Sequence record: LC788708.1
From: Escherichia coli phage AZ21
Strand: one strand, 5' to 3'
Length of the DNA: 64,000 nucleotides
Shown in pieces: positions 1 to 10,041 of this stretch; position 1 is the first letter of the stretch; each line of letters begins with the position of its first letter. The notes under the pieces are model-generated. The model worked only from the letters and a program-made list of their open reading frames with translations. It ran no database searches and was not told where the DNA came from. Position numbers and translations under genes: made by a program.

Positions 1-391
1 GACTAATGCTAAGACTTCTGAAACTAATGCTAAAGCTTCCAAATTAGCGGCAGCTACTTCGGCTACGAATGCTGCTACTAGCGAAACTAATGCATTAGCA
101 AGTAAAAATGCTGCTGCTGCATCACAAACAGCAGCAAAAACTTCTGAAACTAATGCTAAGACATCTGAGACGAATGCTGCTACTAGTGAAACTAATGCAT
201 TAGCAAGTAAAAATGCAGCAGCTAGAAGTGCCTCAGATGCTTTAGCAAGTAAAAATGCGGCAGCAGCTTCACAAATAGCAGCAAAAACTTCTGAGACTAA
301 TGCTAAGACTTCTGAAACTAATGCTAAAGCTTCTGAAATTAATGCTAAAGCTTCTGAAGCTGCCGCCGCTGCTTCTGCTGCTAGTATTATT
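1..391 (+). repeat. Tandem imperfect nucleotide repeats encoding Thr/Ser/Ala/Asn-rich peptide repeats (TSETNAK-like) inside the tail-fibre gene
   Basis: Recurring units such as aaaacttctgaaactaatgctaagac and gctactag(c/t)gaaactaatgcattagcaagtaaaaatgc appear 2-4 times each; open in the frame of the downstream ORF with no stop. Confidence 0.75.
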
Positions 392-1651
392 ATGTATGAA
401 CCTGTCCCTTATCCGGATGTTTGGATACCTTTAAATGATGATTTACGTTTACTTGCCGGTTTTGCACCTTATGAGCAACTAAATATAAACGGCAAAATCT
501 TGGAGCTTCCTTGGAAATCTATATCCCATAATAGAGGATCAACTGCCACTTATATAGATAAATCAGGAGTGCTGCAAACAGCAGGGATAAATGAGCCTAG
601 ATTTGAGCGCGCAGGGTTTTTACTAGAAGGACAATCAACTAATTATATATTAAATAGTGAAGCTCCTTTATCTTGGTCAGGAACTAATAAAGCTTTTGGA
701 ACAAAAAATGTAATACAGGATGGTACTACTAGAGCCACCACTTTTGATGGTATTATTACTTTAGCAGGTACTAATAATGCTTCTGTTGTATTTTCTTCTC
801 TTATATCTTGTGCTGTAGGAGAATTTATAACATTGTCCTGTCGTTTCAAGAGCACATACACAAAAGGATATATGTTATTTAGATTTGATTCACCGGCAGG
901 AACTAATCAGGGGCAGTTAGGTTTAAATTTCGATGGTACAACCGCTAATAATACTATCCCTGATATCCTTGTTAGGGTTGAGAATACTTTAGGAAGTGAT
1001 GGTTATTGTTATGGGGCTGTAACTTGTAAAGTTCCTGTAGCAGGTTATTATATGGGGCGTATTTACTTCATGCCTGGCGGCGGAGACACTTCAATTCCTG
1101 TAGATTCTGAAGTATTTGTTCAAACTGTTCAATGCGAAAAAAATGCCGTAGCAACTAGTTATATACCTACAACTACAGCAACAGCTACTCGTGCGAATGA
1201 GACATTATCTCTCCAACCTTCAAATAATTTAGGTTATAGGATTGTTGGAGATACTTTTAATAGAACTGTAGCACTAGAAATATCTGCCGATAGATTTTCT
1301 CCACCTACAGCAACTTATCATGACTTAATAAGAGCCCCTGGTGTTAGGTATGACATAATTATGAGGGTTACGGATACCTCTATAAGAGCATATAGAGCTT
1401 CAACAGGTCCAGTAGTTTCTGCTACACCTCCTTTCTTCAATAAAATTTATACACAAACTATAGATTCTAGTAATAAAATGACTCTATATTTTGATGGTAA
1501 TTCTAATTTTACTTTTGGGGATGCCAGGGATCCATCAACTGCACCTCAAGGATTAGAATTTGCGGGAGCATCTAGTATAGTATATCATTTAAGAAACTTT
1601 CGTATATGGCACAGAGTTCTAACAGAAGATCAAATTAGGGGTATACGCTAA
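2..1651 (+). CDS. Tail fibre protein, 5'-partial (gene continues upstream of the window)
   Basis: Frame of ORF 392..1651 stays open to position 2; repeat-rich N-terminal part then Gly/Thr/Asn-rich beta-type region; sits at the end of the late operon next to a second fibre gene. Confidence 0.6.
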   Translation, partial: TNAKTSETNAKASKLAAATSATNAATSETNALASKNAAAASQTAAKTSETNAKTSETNAATSETNALASKNAAARSASDALASKNAAAASQIAAKTSETNAKTSETNAKASEINAKASEAAAAASAASIIMYEPVPYPDVWIPLNDDLRLLAGFAPYEQLNINGKILELPWKSISHNRGSTATYIDKSGVLQTAGINEPRFERAGFLLEGQSTNYILNSEAPLSWSGTNKAFGTKNVIQDGTTRATTFDGIITLAGTNNASVVFSSLISCAVGEFITLSCRFKSTYTKGYMLFRFDSPAGTNQGQLGLNFDGTTANNTIPDILVRVENTLGSDGYCYGAVTCKVPVAGYYMGRIYFMPGGGDTSIPVDSEVFVQTVQCEKNAVATSYIPTTTATATRANETLSLQPSNNLGYRIVGDTFNRTVALEISADRFSPPTATYHDLIRAPGVRYDIIMRVTDTSIRAYRASTGPVVSATPPFFNKIYTQTIDSSNKMTLYFDGNSNFTFGDARDPSTAPQGLEFAGASSIVYHLRNFRIWHRVLTEDQIRGIR

Positions 1652-1950
1652 TGAGAGATTTATTTTTAAAATTTAAAGATGGGGATGAAATGAGCCAACA
1701 GCTAAAGGCTATTGGTTTTATTCCTGATGAGTATGGTACCTTGACTCACCCCGATATCAATTTAGATATAATAGGTACTATATCAATTTTATCTGAGGTT
1801 ATTGACGAAGGTACAGATAATCAAACAGAAAAATATATTAAAAAAGAAGGATATCATGCTAATCTTCGAGTTATAGATGATGATATTGATTTAACTTCAT
1901 TAGAAGATTACCTAGTATACCCAGAAAATCCTGTAAGAGTGTGGGCATAA
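1651..1950 (+). CDS. Hypothetical small acidic protein between the two tail-fibre genes
   Basis: 99-aa ORF, ATG overlaps the upstream stop (TAATG), same strand and operon. Confidence 0.45.
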   Translation: MRDLFLKFKDGDEMSQQLKAIGFIPDEYGTLTHPDINLDIIGTISILSEVIDEGTDNQTEKYIKKEGYHANLRVIDDDIDLTSLEDYLVYPENPVRVWA

Positions 1951-1959
1951 GGAATTAAA

Positions 1960-4077
1960 ATGGCAAATAGAATCGATACAATTAATTTAACTAGTACTGA
2001 CGTTGCTGCCTTACCTGTATATGGTTTAATTACTACAGGAACAAATTTAAATACACTTGATGGGAGTGTGTATGGAAAGTATTGGCAATCTGAAAATGCT
2101 AACTCTCCTACTTCTCTTAACTATCCTGTTGCGGCTGCAGGTACATTACTAGTTTTAAAAAATAATGCAAGCAATTTAGCGACTTCTTGTACTCAAATTT
2201 ACTTACCTTATAATCGTAATGAGATATATAGTAGATCTTTTTACAATTCATGGACTGCATGGTCAAGATTTGCTAGTATAGACATGGATGGTGCCAACTC
2301 AACTATTAAATCTTTAACAGGTTTAACCACTGCACTTTCTATAGAACAAGGAGGTACTGGAGTAGTATCAAAAGAAGCTTTTAGACAAAGTTATAATGTG
2401 CCAACAAAAGACGAAAGCCTATTGACTAAAAATAATTTATCAGATTTAGCAGATCGCGCAGCTGCGTGGCTAAATGTTCGTCCTATTGGATCTACTCCCC
2501 TTGCGGGAGATCCAGTTAATGATTATGATGCTGTAACTAAGCGTTGGGTGGAGAACAAAATTAATACTGGCATAGTAGGACCCACAATGAATGGTGTCAT
2601 GAACTATGGTGTAGGTGATTTTCACCTTCGCGATAGCCGTGCGTATATTCAACCTTATGAGGTAGTTTCTGATGGGCAGCTTCTTAACAGGGCTGACTGG
2701 CCGGAGCTTTGGGCTTACGCTCAAATGGTGGGTGCTATAGATGATTCTAAATGGCTGGCTGATAAATTTCAGCGTGGCAAGTATTCTAAGGGTGATGGAT
2801 CAACTACATTCCGCGTTCCAGACCGTAACGGCGTTCAAGTCGGTTCATTAGCCGCTCTTTATGGGCGTGGCGACGGTGCAGGAAGTGGCACGGCAAACTC
2901 AAATGCCGATGGTCTAGTGTTCGATTCAGGCGTTCCCAACATCACTGGTGATGCAGGTGGCGTTATATCTTACGGCGCTAGTGGCGCATTTTTCTATTCG
3001 GGTCAAGGAGATACCGTTGTGGGTGCGCAGCCTGGTACAAACTTAGGTACGCAACGGCTTTCGTTAAATGCTGCGGGAAGTAGTGCGGTATACGGAAGAT
3101 GCGCTGATGAAATTATGGGGCGCAACTTCGTCGGCGTCTGGGTAATACGCGCATCAGGCGGGTTCGTTGCTGCGGATACGTCGTGGAGTGTTAAGAACGC
3201 CGATAAAGGCACCCCTCCACAGAATACCTCCGTTCGTGGTGGTGAAGTAGTATCGGAATATTCCAATCCAGCAGGTAAGCGGTTTGCTCGTCTATACTCT
3301 GATACTATCTGGGGCTCCTCGGGGGCGGCGATTATTGAGGCTGAGGGCTCTGCTAAGCACTCCTATAAGTTTTACGAAGATGGTACAGTAGACTTCCGCC
3401 AGTCAGGGAAGATTAACACCTTTCATATGCACACGCCTATGGGTACATGGAATGGTATTACGGATGCAGGAATGAACAACCTAAGTACCAACGGCATGGA
3501 TAGGATAGCCATTGCGAGCGGTTCCGACACAATCATTCGTGGTTATTCTATCGGTGGATATCGCCCTAACGGATACCCCACCAAGGTTGGATACCATATG
3601 TATATTCCAGGCAATAATGCATTTGGTATAGGTTGCGTGGTAATCGGTGGAGATAACGGTAAATTCTGTCGATACTTCCTTGACATTGATGGTCAAATAT
3701 ATGGTTCGACTGATTACGGGAACTTTAGTTATACAAAAAATGGTACTTCTGACTCACGTGTAAAACACGGCATCGCCCCTGTTGGAGTTGACAAATCATA
3801 CTCTAATATTAAAGGACTGGAATTTGTAGAGTTCATTTATGACAATGACGAACAAAATCGAGTTCGGCATGGCGTGATTGCACAGCAAGCAGAGGTTGTT
3901 GAGCCTTTGTATGTTAAGACGCGCAAATATGTTGGCAATAATCCAGGAGAGGTTGTGGAGCAGAAGGAGCTGGACACCACGCCGATGCTTCTGGATACCA
4001 TGCACGTTGTGCAGGTATTGATGCAGAGGATCGAAGCGATGGAAGCTGAGATTGCGGAATTAAAGGCAAGTAAGTAA
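1960..4077 (+). CDS. Tail fibre protein with C-terminal intramolecular-chaperone-like domain (LtfB-like)
   Basis: 705 aa; RBS ggaattaaaATG; Gly-rich body; C-terminus (GIAPVGVDKSYSNIKGLEFVEF...MLLDTMHVVQVLMQRIEAMEAEIAELK) resembles the self-cleaving chaperone module of phage fibres and tailspikes. Confidence 0.65.
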   Translation: MANRIDTINLTSTDVAALPVYGLITTGTNLNTLDGSVYGKYWQSENANSPTSLNYPVAAAGTLLVLKNNASNLATSCTQIYLPYNRNEIYSRSFYNSWTAWSRFASIDMDGANSTIKSLTGLTTALSIEQGGTGVVSKEAFRQSYNVPTKDESLLTKNNLSDLADRAAAWLNVRPIGSTPLAGDPVNDYDAVTKRWVENKINTGIVGPTMNGVMNYGVGDFHLRDSRAYIQPYEVVSDGQLLNRADWPELWAYAQMVGAIDDSKWLADKFQRGKYSKGDGSTTFRVPDRNGVQVGSLAALYGRGDGAGSGTANSNADGLVFDSGVPNITGDAGGVISYGASGAFFYSGQGDTVVGAQPGTNLGTQRLSLNAAGSSAVYGRCADEIMGRNFVGVWVIRASGGFVAADTSWSVKNADKGTPPQNTSVRGGEVVSEYSNPAGKRFARLYSDTIWGSSGAAIIEAEGSAKHSYKFYEDGTVDFRQSGKINTFHMHTPMGTWNGITDAGMNNLSTNGMDRIAIASGSDTIIRGYSIGGYRPNGYPTKVGYHMYIPGNNAFGIGCVVIGGDNGKFCRYFLDIDGQIYGSTDYGNFSYTKNGTSDSRVKHGIAPVGVDKSYSNIKGLEFVEFIYDNDEQNRVRHGVIAQQAEVVEPLYVKTRKYVGNNPGEVVEQKELDTTPMLLDTMHVVQVLMQRIEAMEAEIAELKASK

Positions 4078-4080
4078 ATA

Positions 4081-4116
4081 AAAACCCCAATGGATTTTGT
4101 CCATTGGGGTTTATTA
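4081..4116. terminator. Bidirectional rho-independent terminator between convergent late and early operons
   Basis: aaaaccccaatgg-attttgt-ccattggggttt hairpin flanked by A/T runs on both sides. Confidence 0.75.
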
Positions 4117-4133
4117 TTTATTTGATATGTAAA

Positions 4134-4580
4134 TTATTTACTTCCTGAGCTTCCAAATCCGCCTTCTCCACGATCGGTCTTTCCTAATTCGTCAACGATT
4201 TCAAAGTTATGAGTTGAGTAGTGTGGTACTACTACTAGTTGACAAAGTCTTTCAAAATTCTCCAGAGTTTGAATTTCAGAACCATAGTTATAAAGGTTCA
4301 TCTTAATAGTTCCACGATAGTCTGAGTCAATCACTCCTGCGGTGTTTGCGATCATCAGATGACGCTTACCTAAAGAACTGCGAGGAACTACCAAACCGAA
4401 CCAACCTCGCGGAATTTCTACCGCGACACCGGTGTCAATCATTAGGGATTTGCCTGGTGCAATAGCACGTAAATCTGCAGCAGGGTTAGTACCAAAGAAT
4501 GCCCGCAGATCCATACCTGCGGCATCTTCGGAACCAATCTTAGGCATACAATCTGGATGAGTTAACTTAATTTTAATCAT
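4134..4580 (-). CDS. dut: dUTP pyrophosphatase
   Basis: 148 aa; motifs AAGMDLRA, GVIDSDYRG, RGEGGFGSSG typical of trimeric dUTPases. Confidence 0.9.
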   Translation of the reverse strand: MIKIKLTHPDCMPKIGSEDAAGMDLRAFFGTNPAADLRAIAPGKSLMIDTGVAVEIPRGWFGLVVPRSSLGKRHLMIANTAGVIDSDYRGTIKMNLYNYGSEIQTLENFERLCQLVVVPHYSTHNFEIVDELGKTDRGEGGFGSSGSK

Positions 4581-5452
4581 TGTTTTGCAATCTCCAAAAT
4601 ATCTTTTGTAAACTTATCTAATACGTCCTGGCCTACCGCAGCAATAGCATCCACACAGTACGTAGGTAAATCAACCAGAATTAAATTTCGGTAAAGCAAT
4701 TCTTCCGAAGCATTTAAATTCTGTATATATTTCTGTTTTCCAGGTAGTGGAAGCTGATCAATAATATCCAGAACGTTACCAAATTCACGAATAATATTAT
4801 ACCCGCGTTTTGCCCCAATACCCTCGACACCACGGATATTATCTCCTAAATCACCCATAATTGCTTTCAGAGAGATAAACTGCTCTACATCGTCAACATT
4901 ATGATGCTCATACATATCACGAAGATGGTACTCACGACGTGTTGTGAAAGAAAAACGAGAAACTTTATCTGTTAATAAAGTATCCCAGTCACCGTCTGTA
5001 GAAATTAGCCAAACATGATCATATAGATGCCCAATCAGCTTAACGATATAAGCTGCCATATCATCTGCTTCTACACCACGAATAGTGAAAGTTGGGAATG
5101 TAGTTTCACATAGTTCGAAAGCATCTTTCAAATACTCGAAGAACTGCTCATCTAACGCTTTCTCCTCTTCAGTACGCTGAGAGTATTTCTCATCTCGATT
5201 CCCTTTATACTCGGGGAGATGCTCTAAGCGGAATGCAGACTTCCCTTTATCTCCTAAAACTATTGTAGTTCTAGCGGAATAAGATTTTGCTAGAGACTGA
5301 ATAGTGGAAACATAACTTGAGGCAAATGGTTTTTTACTGTTGTTATGCTTGAAGCGAAAGCCTAAGTTAGTTCCATCGACAATCATTAGGTTACGACGGG
5401 AAGCCATTTCAGCTTCCTCTTCTTCAATAAATTTTCCCCAGGATTTACTCAT
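4577..5452 (-). CDS. 5'-3' exonuclease / flap endonuclease (T5 D15-like)
   Basis: 291 aa; N-terminal LMIVDGTNLGFRF and acidic clusters typical of FEN/PolI 5'-nuclease family; position matches T5 D15. Confidence 0.85.
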   Translation of the reverse strand: MSKSWGKFIEEEEAEMASRRNLMIVDGTNLGFRFKHNNSKKPFASSYVSTIQSLAKSYSARTTIVLGDKGKSAFRLEHLPEYKGNRDEKYSQRTEEEKALDEQFFEYLKDAFELCETTFPTFTIRGVEADDMAAYIVKLIGHLYDHVWLISTDGDWDTLLTDKVSRFSFTTRREYHLRDMYEHHNVDDVEQFISLKAIMGDLGDNIRGVEGIGAKRGYNIIREFGNVLDIIDQLPLPGKQKYIQNLNASEELLYRNLILVDLPTYCVDAIAAVGQDVLDKFTKDILEIAKQ

Positions 5453-5934
5453 TATTTAATTAAGTCCTCAACAGATGCATGATGTAGCCACGGCTCAAAT
5501 AAACCAATTACGATTTCCATGTCTTTCTTATTTAACACCATATGGGTACGACTCATTAAGTTGTCAACCATCGGGTCTGAGCTATCCAAAGCTATTAACC
5601 ACTGTCCTCTGTCTTTTTTGAATATTAATGCAGGTTTGGAGTTCATCTGCTCACCTTCACGTGAGCACTGCTGCCACCACTTCTCTAGAGTGGATTCACC
5701 AACATTAAATAAATTACTTGATATATTATCATCTTTATACCACTTAACTTCGAAGCAGTATTTACTAATGTGTCCGCTTTGTGGTGGAAGGTAGATGTCA
5801 CCTTTCAGTCCGTGGCTCTGGCCAAAAGCACCAGAGCCAGGAACACGTTCCCACTCAAGACCTGTACGTTCACGTAGAATATCTCTTACCTGATATTCCC
5901 CACGTTTACCTTTCTCTCTACTATCTACAGCCAT
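5452..5934 (-). CDS. Hypothetical protein, possible resolvase/nuclease (T5 D14 position)
   Basis: 160 aa; N-terminal REKGKRGEYQVRDIL motif; located between FEN and SbcCD-like genes. Confidence 0.4.
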   Translation of the reverse strand: MAVDSREKGKRGEYQVRDILRERTGLEWERVPGSGAFGQSHGLKGDIYLPPQSGHISKYCFEVKWYKDDNISSNLFNVGESTLEKWWQQCSREGEQMNSKPALIFKKDRGQWLIALDSSDPMVDNLMSRTHMVLNKKDMEIVIGLFEPWLHHASVEDLIK

Positions 5935-5937
5935 GTT

Positions 5938-7776
5938 TTATTCTAAGTAGGAAAATCCTTCTGCATCTTTTTTGACAGTAATCTTATGGGCCAATGGATG
6001 CGTATGCCCGTGAGAAACAATGATAGAATTTAGACTTTCTTCCTCATTTAATAATTCAACAAGGGTGTCAAGTCCTTTAGTATCAATAAAGCTAATTACT
6101 TCATCAAGGAATAGAAGATTAATATTAACTTTACTAATAGATGTTAGTAGCATTCGAATAGCTAACAGAGTTGCTAGATTGATTCTACTTTGCTGACCAG
6201 TGGAGCAGTTCTCCATACTAGTACGATTTCCATCATTGAAGATTACTACTTGTAATTTCGTTTCATCAAGCTCAAATCCAAGTGCAAACTTACCACCAGT
6301 CATAATAGAAAGGTATTTATTAATTAATTCTTCAAATACTTTCACACTATGCTCTAGCTTATACCCTACTAGATTTTTCAATGCGGCGATCAGAATATCA
6401 AGATCAGAAACAGCTTCTGATACTCCATCCAGTTTGGAAGTAATCTCAGACATTTCTGCCTCAGCTTTCTCAATCTGTTCTAGTTTCGCTTTATATTTTG
6501 CATTGGCTAATTCAACATTTGCATTATGCTCTTTGGCAATTGCAACCTTAGAACGGCCATCAGCTATTTCCTGTTCTAGTTGTCGGATTTGCACCTGTAG
6601 GTTTTGCACATTGAGTTCTTCAAAAGAAGCATCACTCATTGAATTTTTGAACTCGTCTCTAGCTGCTACTGCTTTATCCAAAGCATCCTTTGCTCTAATA
6701 TATGTAGTGTACTCAAGTTGTTCTTTCTTCAACTGTTCTAACTTAGCTTCAAGAGATTGTTTCTCTTTGAACAGAGGATCATATTCTGTTCTAGCCATAT
6801 CCATTGCTTTTTGAGCAGCAGTTGTATCCAGATGAGTACCACAAGTAGGACATTCAGTATTTGAAGCCTCTTGCTTGAACTTCTGATAACGTTTCTTGAC
6901 TTCGCCCGCACGTGAGGTCACAATCGTTAGGTCACGCGTAACACTCGAGATCTCTTCATTTTGGTCGGTGGGCGCGGGCAAATTTTTGAAAGGCTCGAAA
7001 GATTGTTCGGCAACTTGTACAGCTTTGTCCAAATTACGCAATTTAGTAATATTAGCCTCTTGAGACTTGGCTAATGCCGCCTTAATTTTCGATTCAGTAA
7101 GTTCTTGTGCTAAGGGTTCTTCGTCAAACTCAGGCACTTCGACTGGTTCCTGCAAAGTTCCCAGATTATTCTTTCCATTAAGGATTTTCGTAATTACAGC
7201 CATTTGGCCCTGCAAATTATTTAAGGTATTTGCTATTTCTTTACGGTCAGCCTTAATAGTTTCTGACATTTCTTTGTACTGTTCTTGATTGAACAAGTTA
7301 ACAAGGAAAGCCTTACGTGTTGCGTCTGTTGCTTTTAGAAAGTCTAGATTAGAACCCACTGATTGATAAATCAGTTTGGTGAATGTTTGGAAGTCACCAC
7401 CCATAATTTCTTCAATCATCTTGTATGTTTGGGTCGCCGTGTGCCCACTAATATCTTCTCCATTCTTAATAAGAGTTACTTTAGCAGTTGATTTAACTAC
7501 TTTATGTAGTTCGTACTCATCTTCATCTTTAGAGAAGTAAGCATGCATATCATACTCTTTTTTCGGAGTAGACCAAGAGAACAGAGCATCCTTCTTAATG
7601 CCACGCGAGTTCTTATTATAAAATAGTTCTTCAATAACAGTAGCGATAGTGGATTTCCCTAGCCCATTGCCACCAATTAGTTGAGTAACTGGATTCTTAT
7701 CGAAATGAATTACGATGTCCTTACCGTAAGACATAACGTTACTAAATTTTAGTGTCTTAATTGTAATCTTTGACAT
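5938..7776 (-). CDS. SbcC/Rad50-like recombination ATPase (T5 D13-like)
   Basis: Walker A GGNGLGKST near N-terminus, long coiled-coil, C-terminal LLFLDE signature; start placed at MSKITIKTLKF (7776) rather than the upstream in-frame ATG at 7857. Confidence 0.75.
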   Translation of the reverse strand: MSKITIKTLKFSNVMSYGKDIVIHFDKNPVTQLIGGNGLGKSTIATVIEELFYNKNSRGIKKDALFSWSTPKKEYDMHAYFSKDEDEYELHKVVKSTAKVTLIKNGEDISGHTATQTYKMIEEIMGGDFQTFTKLIYQSVGSNLDFLKATDATRKAFLVNLFNQEQYKEMSETIKADRKEIANTLNNLQGQMAVITKILNGKNNLGTLQEPVEVPEFDEEPLAQELTESKIKAALAKSQEANITKLRNLDKAVQVAEQSFEPFKNLPAPTDQNEEISSVTRDLTIVTSRAGEVKKRYQKFKQEASNTECPTCGTHLDTTAAQKAMDMARTEYDPLFKEKQSLEAKLEQLKKEQLEYTTYIRAKDALDKAVAARDEFKNSMSDASFEELNVQNLQVQIRQLEQEIADGRSKVAIAKEHNANVELANAKYKAKLEQIEKAEAEMSEITSKLDGVSEAVSDLDILIAALKNLVGYKLEHSVKVFEELINKYLSIMTGGKFALGFELDETKLQVVIFNDGNRTSMENCSTGQQSRINLATLLAIRMLLTSISKVNINLLFLDEVISFIDTKGLDTLVELLNEEESLNSIIVSHGHTHPLAHKITVKKDAEGFSYLE

Positions 7777-8734
7777 ATTTCGCAGCTCTAGCCAAGATTC
7801 TATCAATGTCGCCTTGAGATAGCTTCTCGACTTCACGGAAGTAAAGTTCAAGTTCACCTAACATATCAAGATCAACAAGATTTAACTTAGCATCTTTAGT
7901 AACTCGATGGTTAATCTTCTTATCTAATAAATCAGAGTCTTTGATAGACTTTAATTGAACAACGTCACCAGTAACTTCATAGACTACACGATCATAATCA
8001 CTAGGTTCCATCTCTTCACCAGCTCCGATTGTTTTACGAATCAGTTGTGGTAAATCACCGAGTTCGATCCATTCTACTTTTAATGTGTCGGTATCAACGA
8101 TAAAGCAACCATTTGTACCTTTTGTGCGTTCTCTATGGAACGATGTAGTTAATGGAGAGCCTGGGTAGAGGAGTCTAGTAGACCCGATAGTCTGGCTATT
8201 AGCATAAGAATGTAAATCGCCAGCAATTACAGTATCATAACAGTTGTACTTAGTTAGATCAATTTCTGGTTTTACATGTGGAGGGATTTCACCACGAACA
8301 TGCGTGAAACATAGTTTTGATTCAGATGGTTTCCACTTAGACTTATGGATTTCATCATACGGAACAATATCAAATTCAGGGGAACGATATGGTTTGGTAA
8401 CTACTTCCCACTTCCCACTCGTTACTTTATTAATAACTCCTGCATAATGATATAGGCATGAAATGGTTTTAGTTAACATTTCATGATTTCCAGTAAAGAT
8501 TTTGCCTGGATGGTCAAGTCTTGACATGAACTGTTCAAGCAGTTCTATTTCTTCTGACGACGGGTCGGCAACATCAAGTATATCACCACCAGCAATATGA
8601 AGATCACAGTTATGATTATGGAATATATCATTTAACCGTTCTCCTAGCATCAGGAAGCGACGCTTCTGCCATTCCTTTGGAACTTTATCTTGTCCTAGTT
8701 TGATATGATGATCAGCACTAAATAATATTCTCAT
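7757..8734 (-). CDS. SbcD/Mre11-like nuclease (T5 D12-like)
   Basis: 325 aa; calcineurin-like phosphoesterase motifs MRILFSADHH, GGDILD, GNHE; adjacent to the SbcC-like gene. Confidence 0.8.
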   Translation of the reverse strand: MRILFSADHHIKLGQDKVPKEWQKRRFLMLGERLNDIFHNHNCDLHIAGGDILDVADPSSEEIELLEQFMSRLDHPGKIFTGNHEMLTKTISCLYHYAGVINKVTSGKWEVVTKPYRSPEFDIVPYDEIHKSKWKPSESKLCFTHVRGEIPPHVKPEIDLTKYNCYDTVIAGDLHSYANSQTIGSTRLLYPGSPLTTSFHRERTKGTNGCFIVDTDTLKVEWIELGDLPQLIRKTIGAGEEMEPSDYDRVVYEVTGDVVQLKSIKDSDLLDKKINHRVTKDAKLNLVDLDMLGELELYFREVEKLSQGDIDRILARAAKYVKDYN

Positions 8735-8737
8735 TGG

Positions 8738-8763
8738 TTAAAAAGAAAGGGGCCGAAGCCCCT
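8738..8763 (-). terminator. Hairpin plus T-run immediately upstream of the SbcD-like start
   Basis: Minus-strand reading aggggcttcggcccct followed by ttcttttt, then aacc and ATG. Confidence 0.5.
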
Positions 8764-8770
8764 CTATTTA

Positions 8771-9544
8771 TTAGTCGTCCAGATCGCTTGCAGCTTCTGT
8801 GTCAATACCTTTCTGGGAGCCTGCATTGCTATTACCAGATTTGGCATCATCATCTTTATTCTCACGACCCTCCATGAAGGCTTGAATTGCTTCTTTCTGC
8901 TCTTCATAGGTAGGAACCGGATAGGTTTGTTCCAGAGAAGGAACTTTTTCGAACTTAATGATGTCGCCATCTTCATCACACATAGCTTCACCGATCATAT
9001 CTACATCCGCAGCATATTGCTTGGATTCCGCACTGTTAGGATCTTGCAGCTTAATCTGGAACTGCATAGCAGCAATCTGCTGTACATCATACTCAGTATC
9101 GAAACCTTTACCTTTTTTCTCGATAGAAATATCAATATCAAACGGAGTTGCCAGACTCAGCTGCTTCATGATAGACTGGATGCCTTTCAGAATAGTAGGC
9201 TTGACTTCCATTACTTTCAGTTTGTTATCAGAACGGTCAATAACAAAAGCGATATAGTTTTTCTTCGGTTTCAGCGGAACACGATTACCATCTTTATCCA
9301 GCTCTTTCTCGAAGAAGCCCATCTCATGAACCGGATCAGCTTTACCACGAACAAAGCTCTCTTTGTCACGGTTAAAACGGAGACATTCGAAAGGAGCTAC
9401 GCTACCCTCTTTATTAGTCAGCCAATAGACATAACGTGGAAGAACACCAGAAACGATACGAACACGAGTGATACCGTTGTTGAACTTCAGGAATTCGATT
9501 TTATCGTTAGAACCGCCAGTAGTTTCGCCCCAAGACTTAGCCAT
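8771..9544 (-). CDS. Hypothetical protein with acidic C-terminal tail, possible ssDNA-binding protein (T5 D11 position)
   Basis: 257 aa; C-terminus DTEAASDLDD is acidic as in SSB tails; no diagnostic catalytic motif. Confidence 0.4.
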   Translation of the reverse strand: MAKSWGETTGGSNDKIEFLKFNNGITRVRIVSGVLPRYVYWLTNKEGSVAPFECLRFNRDKESFVRGKADPVHEMGFFEKELDKDGNRVPLKPKKNYIAFVIDRSDNKLKVMEVKPTILKGIQSIMKQLSLATPFDIDISIEKKGKGFDTEYDVQQIAAMQFQIKLQDPNSAESKQYAADVDMIGEAMCDEDGDIIKFEKVPSLEQTYPVPTYEEQKEAIQAFMEGRENKDDDAKSGNSNAGSQKGIDTEAASDLDD

Positions 9545-9821
9545 ATTTTATTTCCTCTTTAAAGATTAATTTCGATTTGTTAATTGCGATTAGTGGGTTA
9601 GTGTCGATTACTAAACGTGGTATCCATACTGGAACATATTGCATGTCCAAGCTAGGATCGTTTGTAAACTTGTATTCGGCATAATTTCGTAGACTTAAAA
9701 TTCCTAGATATTCTGCCAGTTGTCTATTAGACAATTTATTTGGATTATCAACAATAGTTGATTCATTCAAAATGAAGGAAGAACCGACCAATAATTGATG
9801 AGCATCAGGCTCTGTAAGCAT
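9537..9821 (-). CDS. Hypothetical protein
   Basis: 94-aa ORF with weak RBS; downstream of tandem early promoters. Confidence 0.35.
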   Translation of the reverse strand: MLTEPDAHQLLVGSSFILNESTIVDNPNKLSNRQLAEYLGILSLRNYAEYKFTNDPSLDMQYVPVWIPRLVIDTNPLIAINKSKLIFKEEIKYG

Positions 9822-10041
9822 TCTTTTGAATAGCTTAATAATTAGGTCGGAATTTCCTCTAGCTAGTAAGTATAGCTTTTCATAATCGAAGAATTTAATT
9901 TTTGTTTTCTCCTCGAATTTATGTATATATTATACTAGATTTCGAGAGAATTTAGCAACTAAAATTTTTATTTTTCTGCTTCGGACTTTCTTATCAATCC
10001 GAAACTTTCTCTCTCAAATTTATGTATATATTATACATCAT

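Noticed and set aside
6200-6814. 204-aa plus-strand ORF
   Set aside because: Lies entirely antisense inside the SbcC-like gene; low-complexity Ser/Cys-rich translation typical of the reverse frame of a coiled-coil gene.
7757-7857. Apparent 100-bp overlap between the SbcC-like and SbcD-like ORFs
   Set aside because: Artefact of taking the most upstream in-frame ATG; the conserved N-terminus MSKITIKTLKF starts at 7776, giving a normal 20-bp overlap.
8882-9562. 226-aa plus-strand ORF (and 8958..9257)
   Set aside because: Antisense to the well-supported 8771..9544 gene; no RBS; hydrophobic low-complexity translation.
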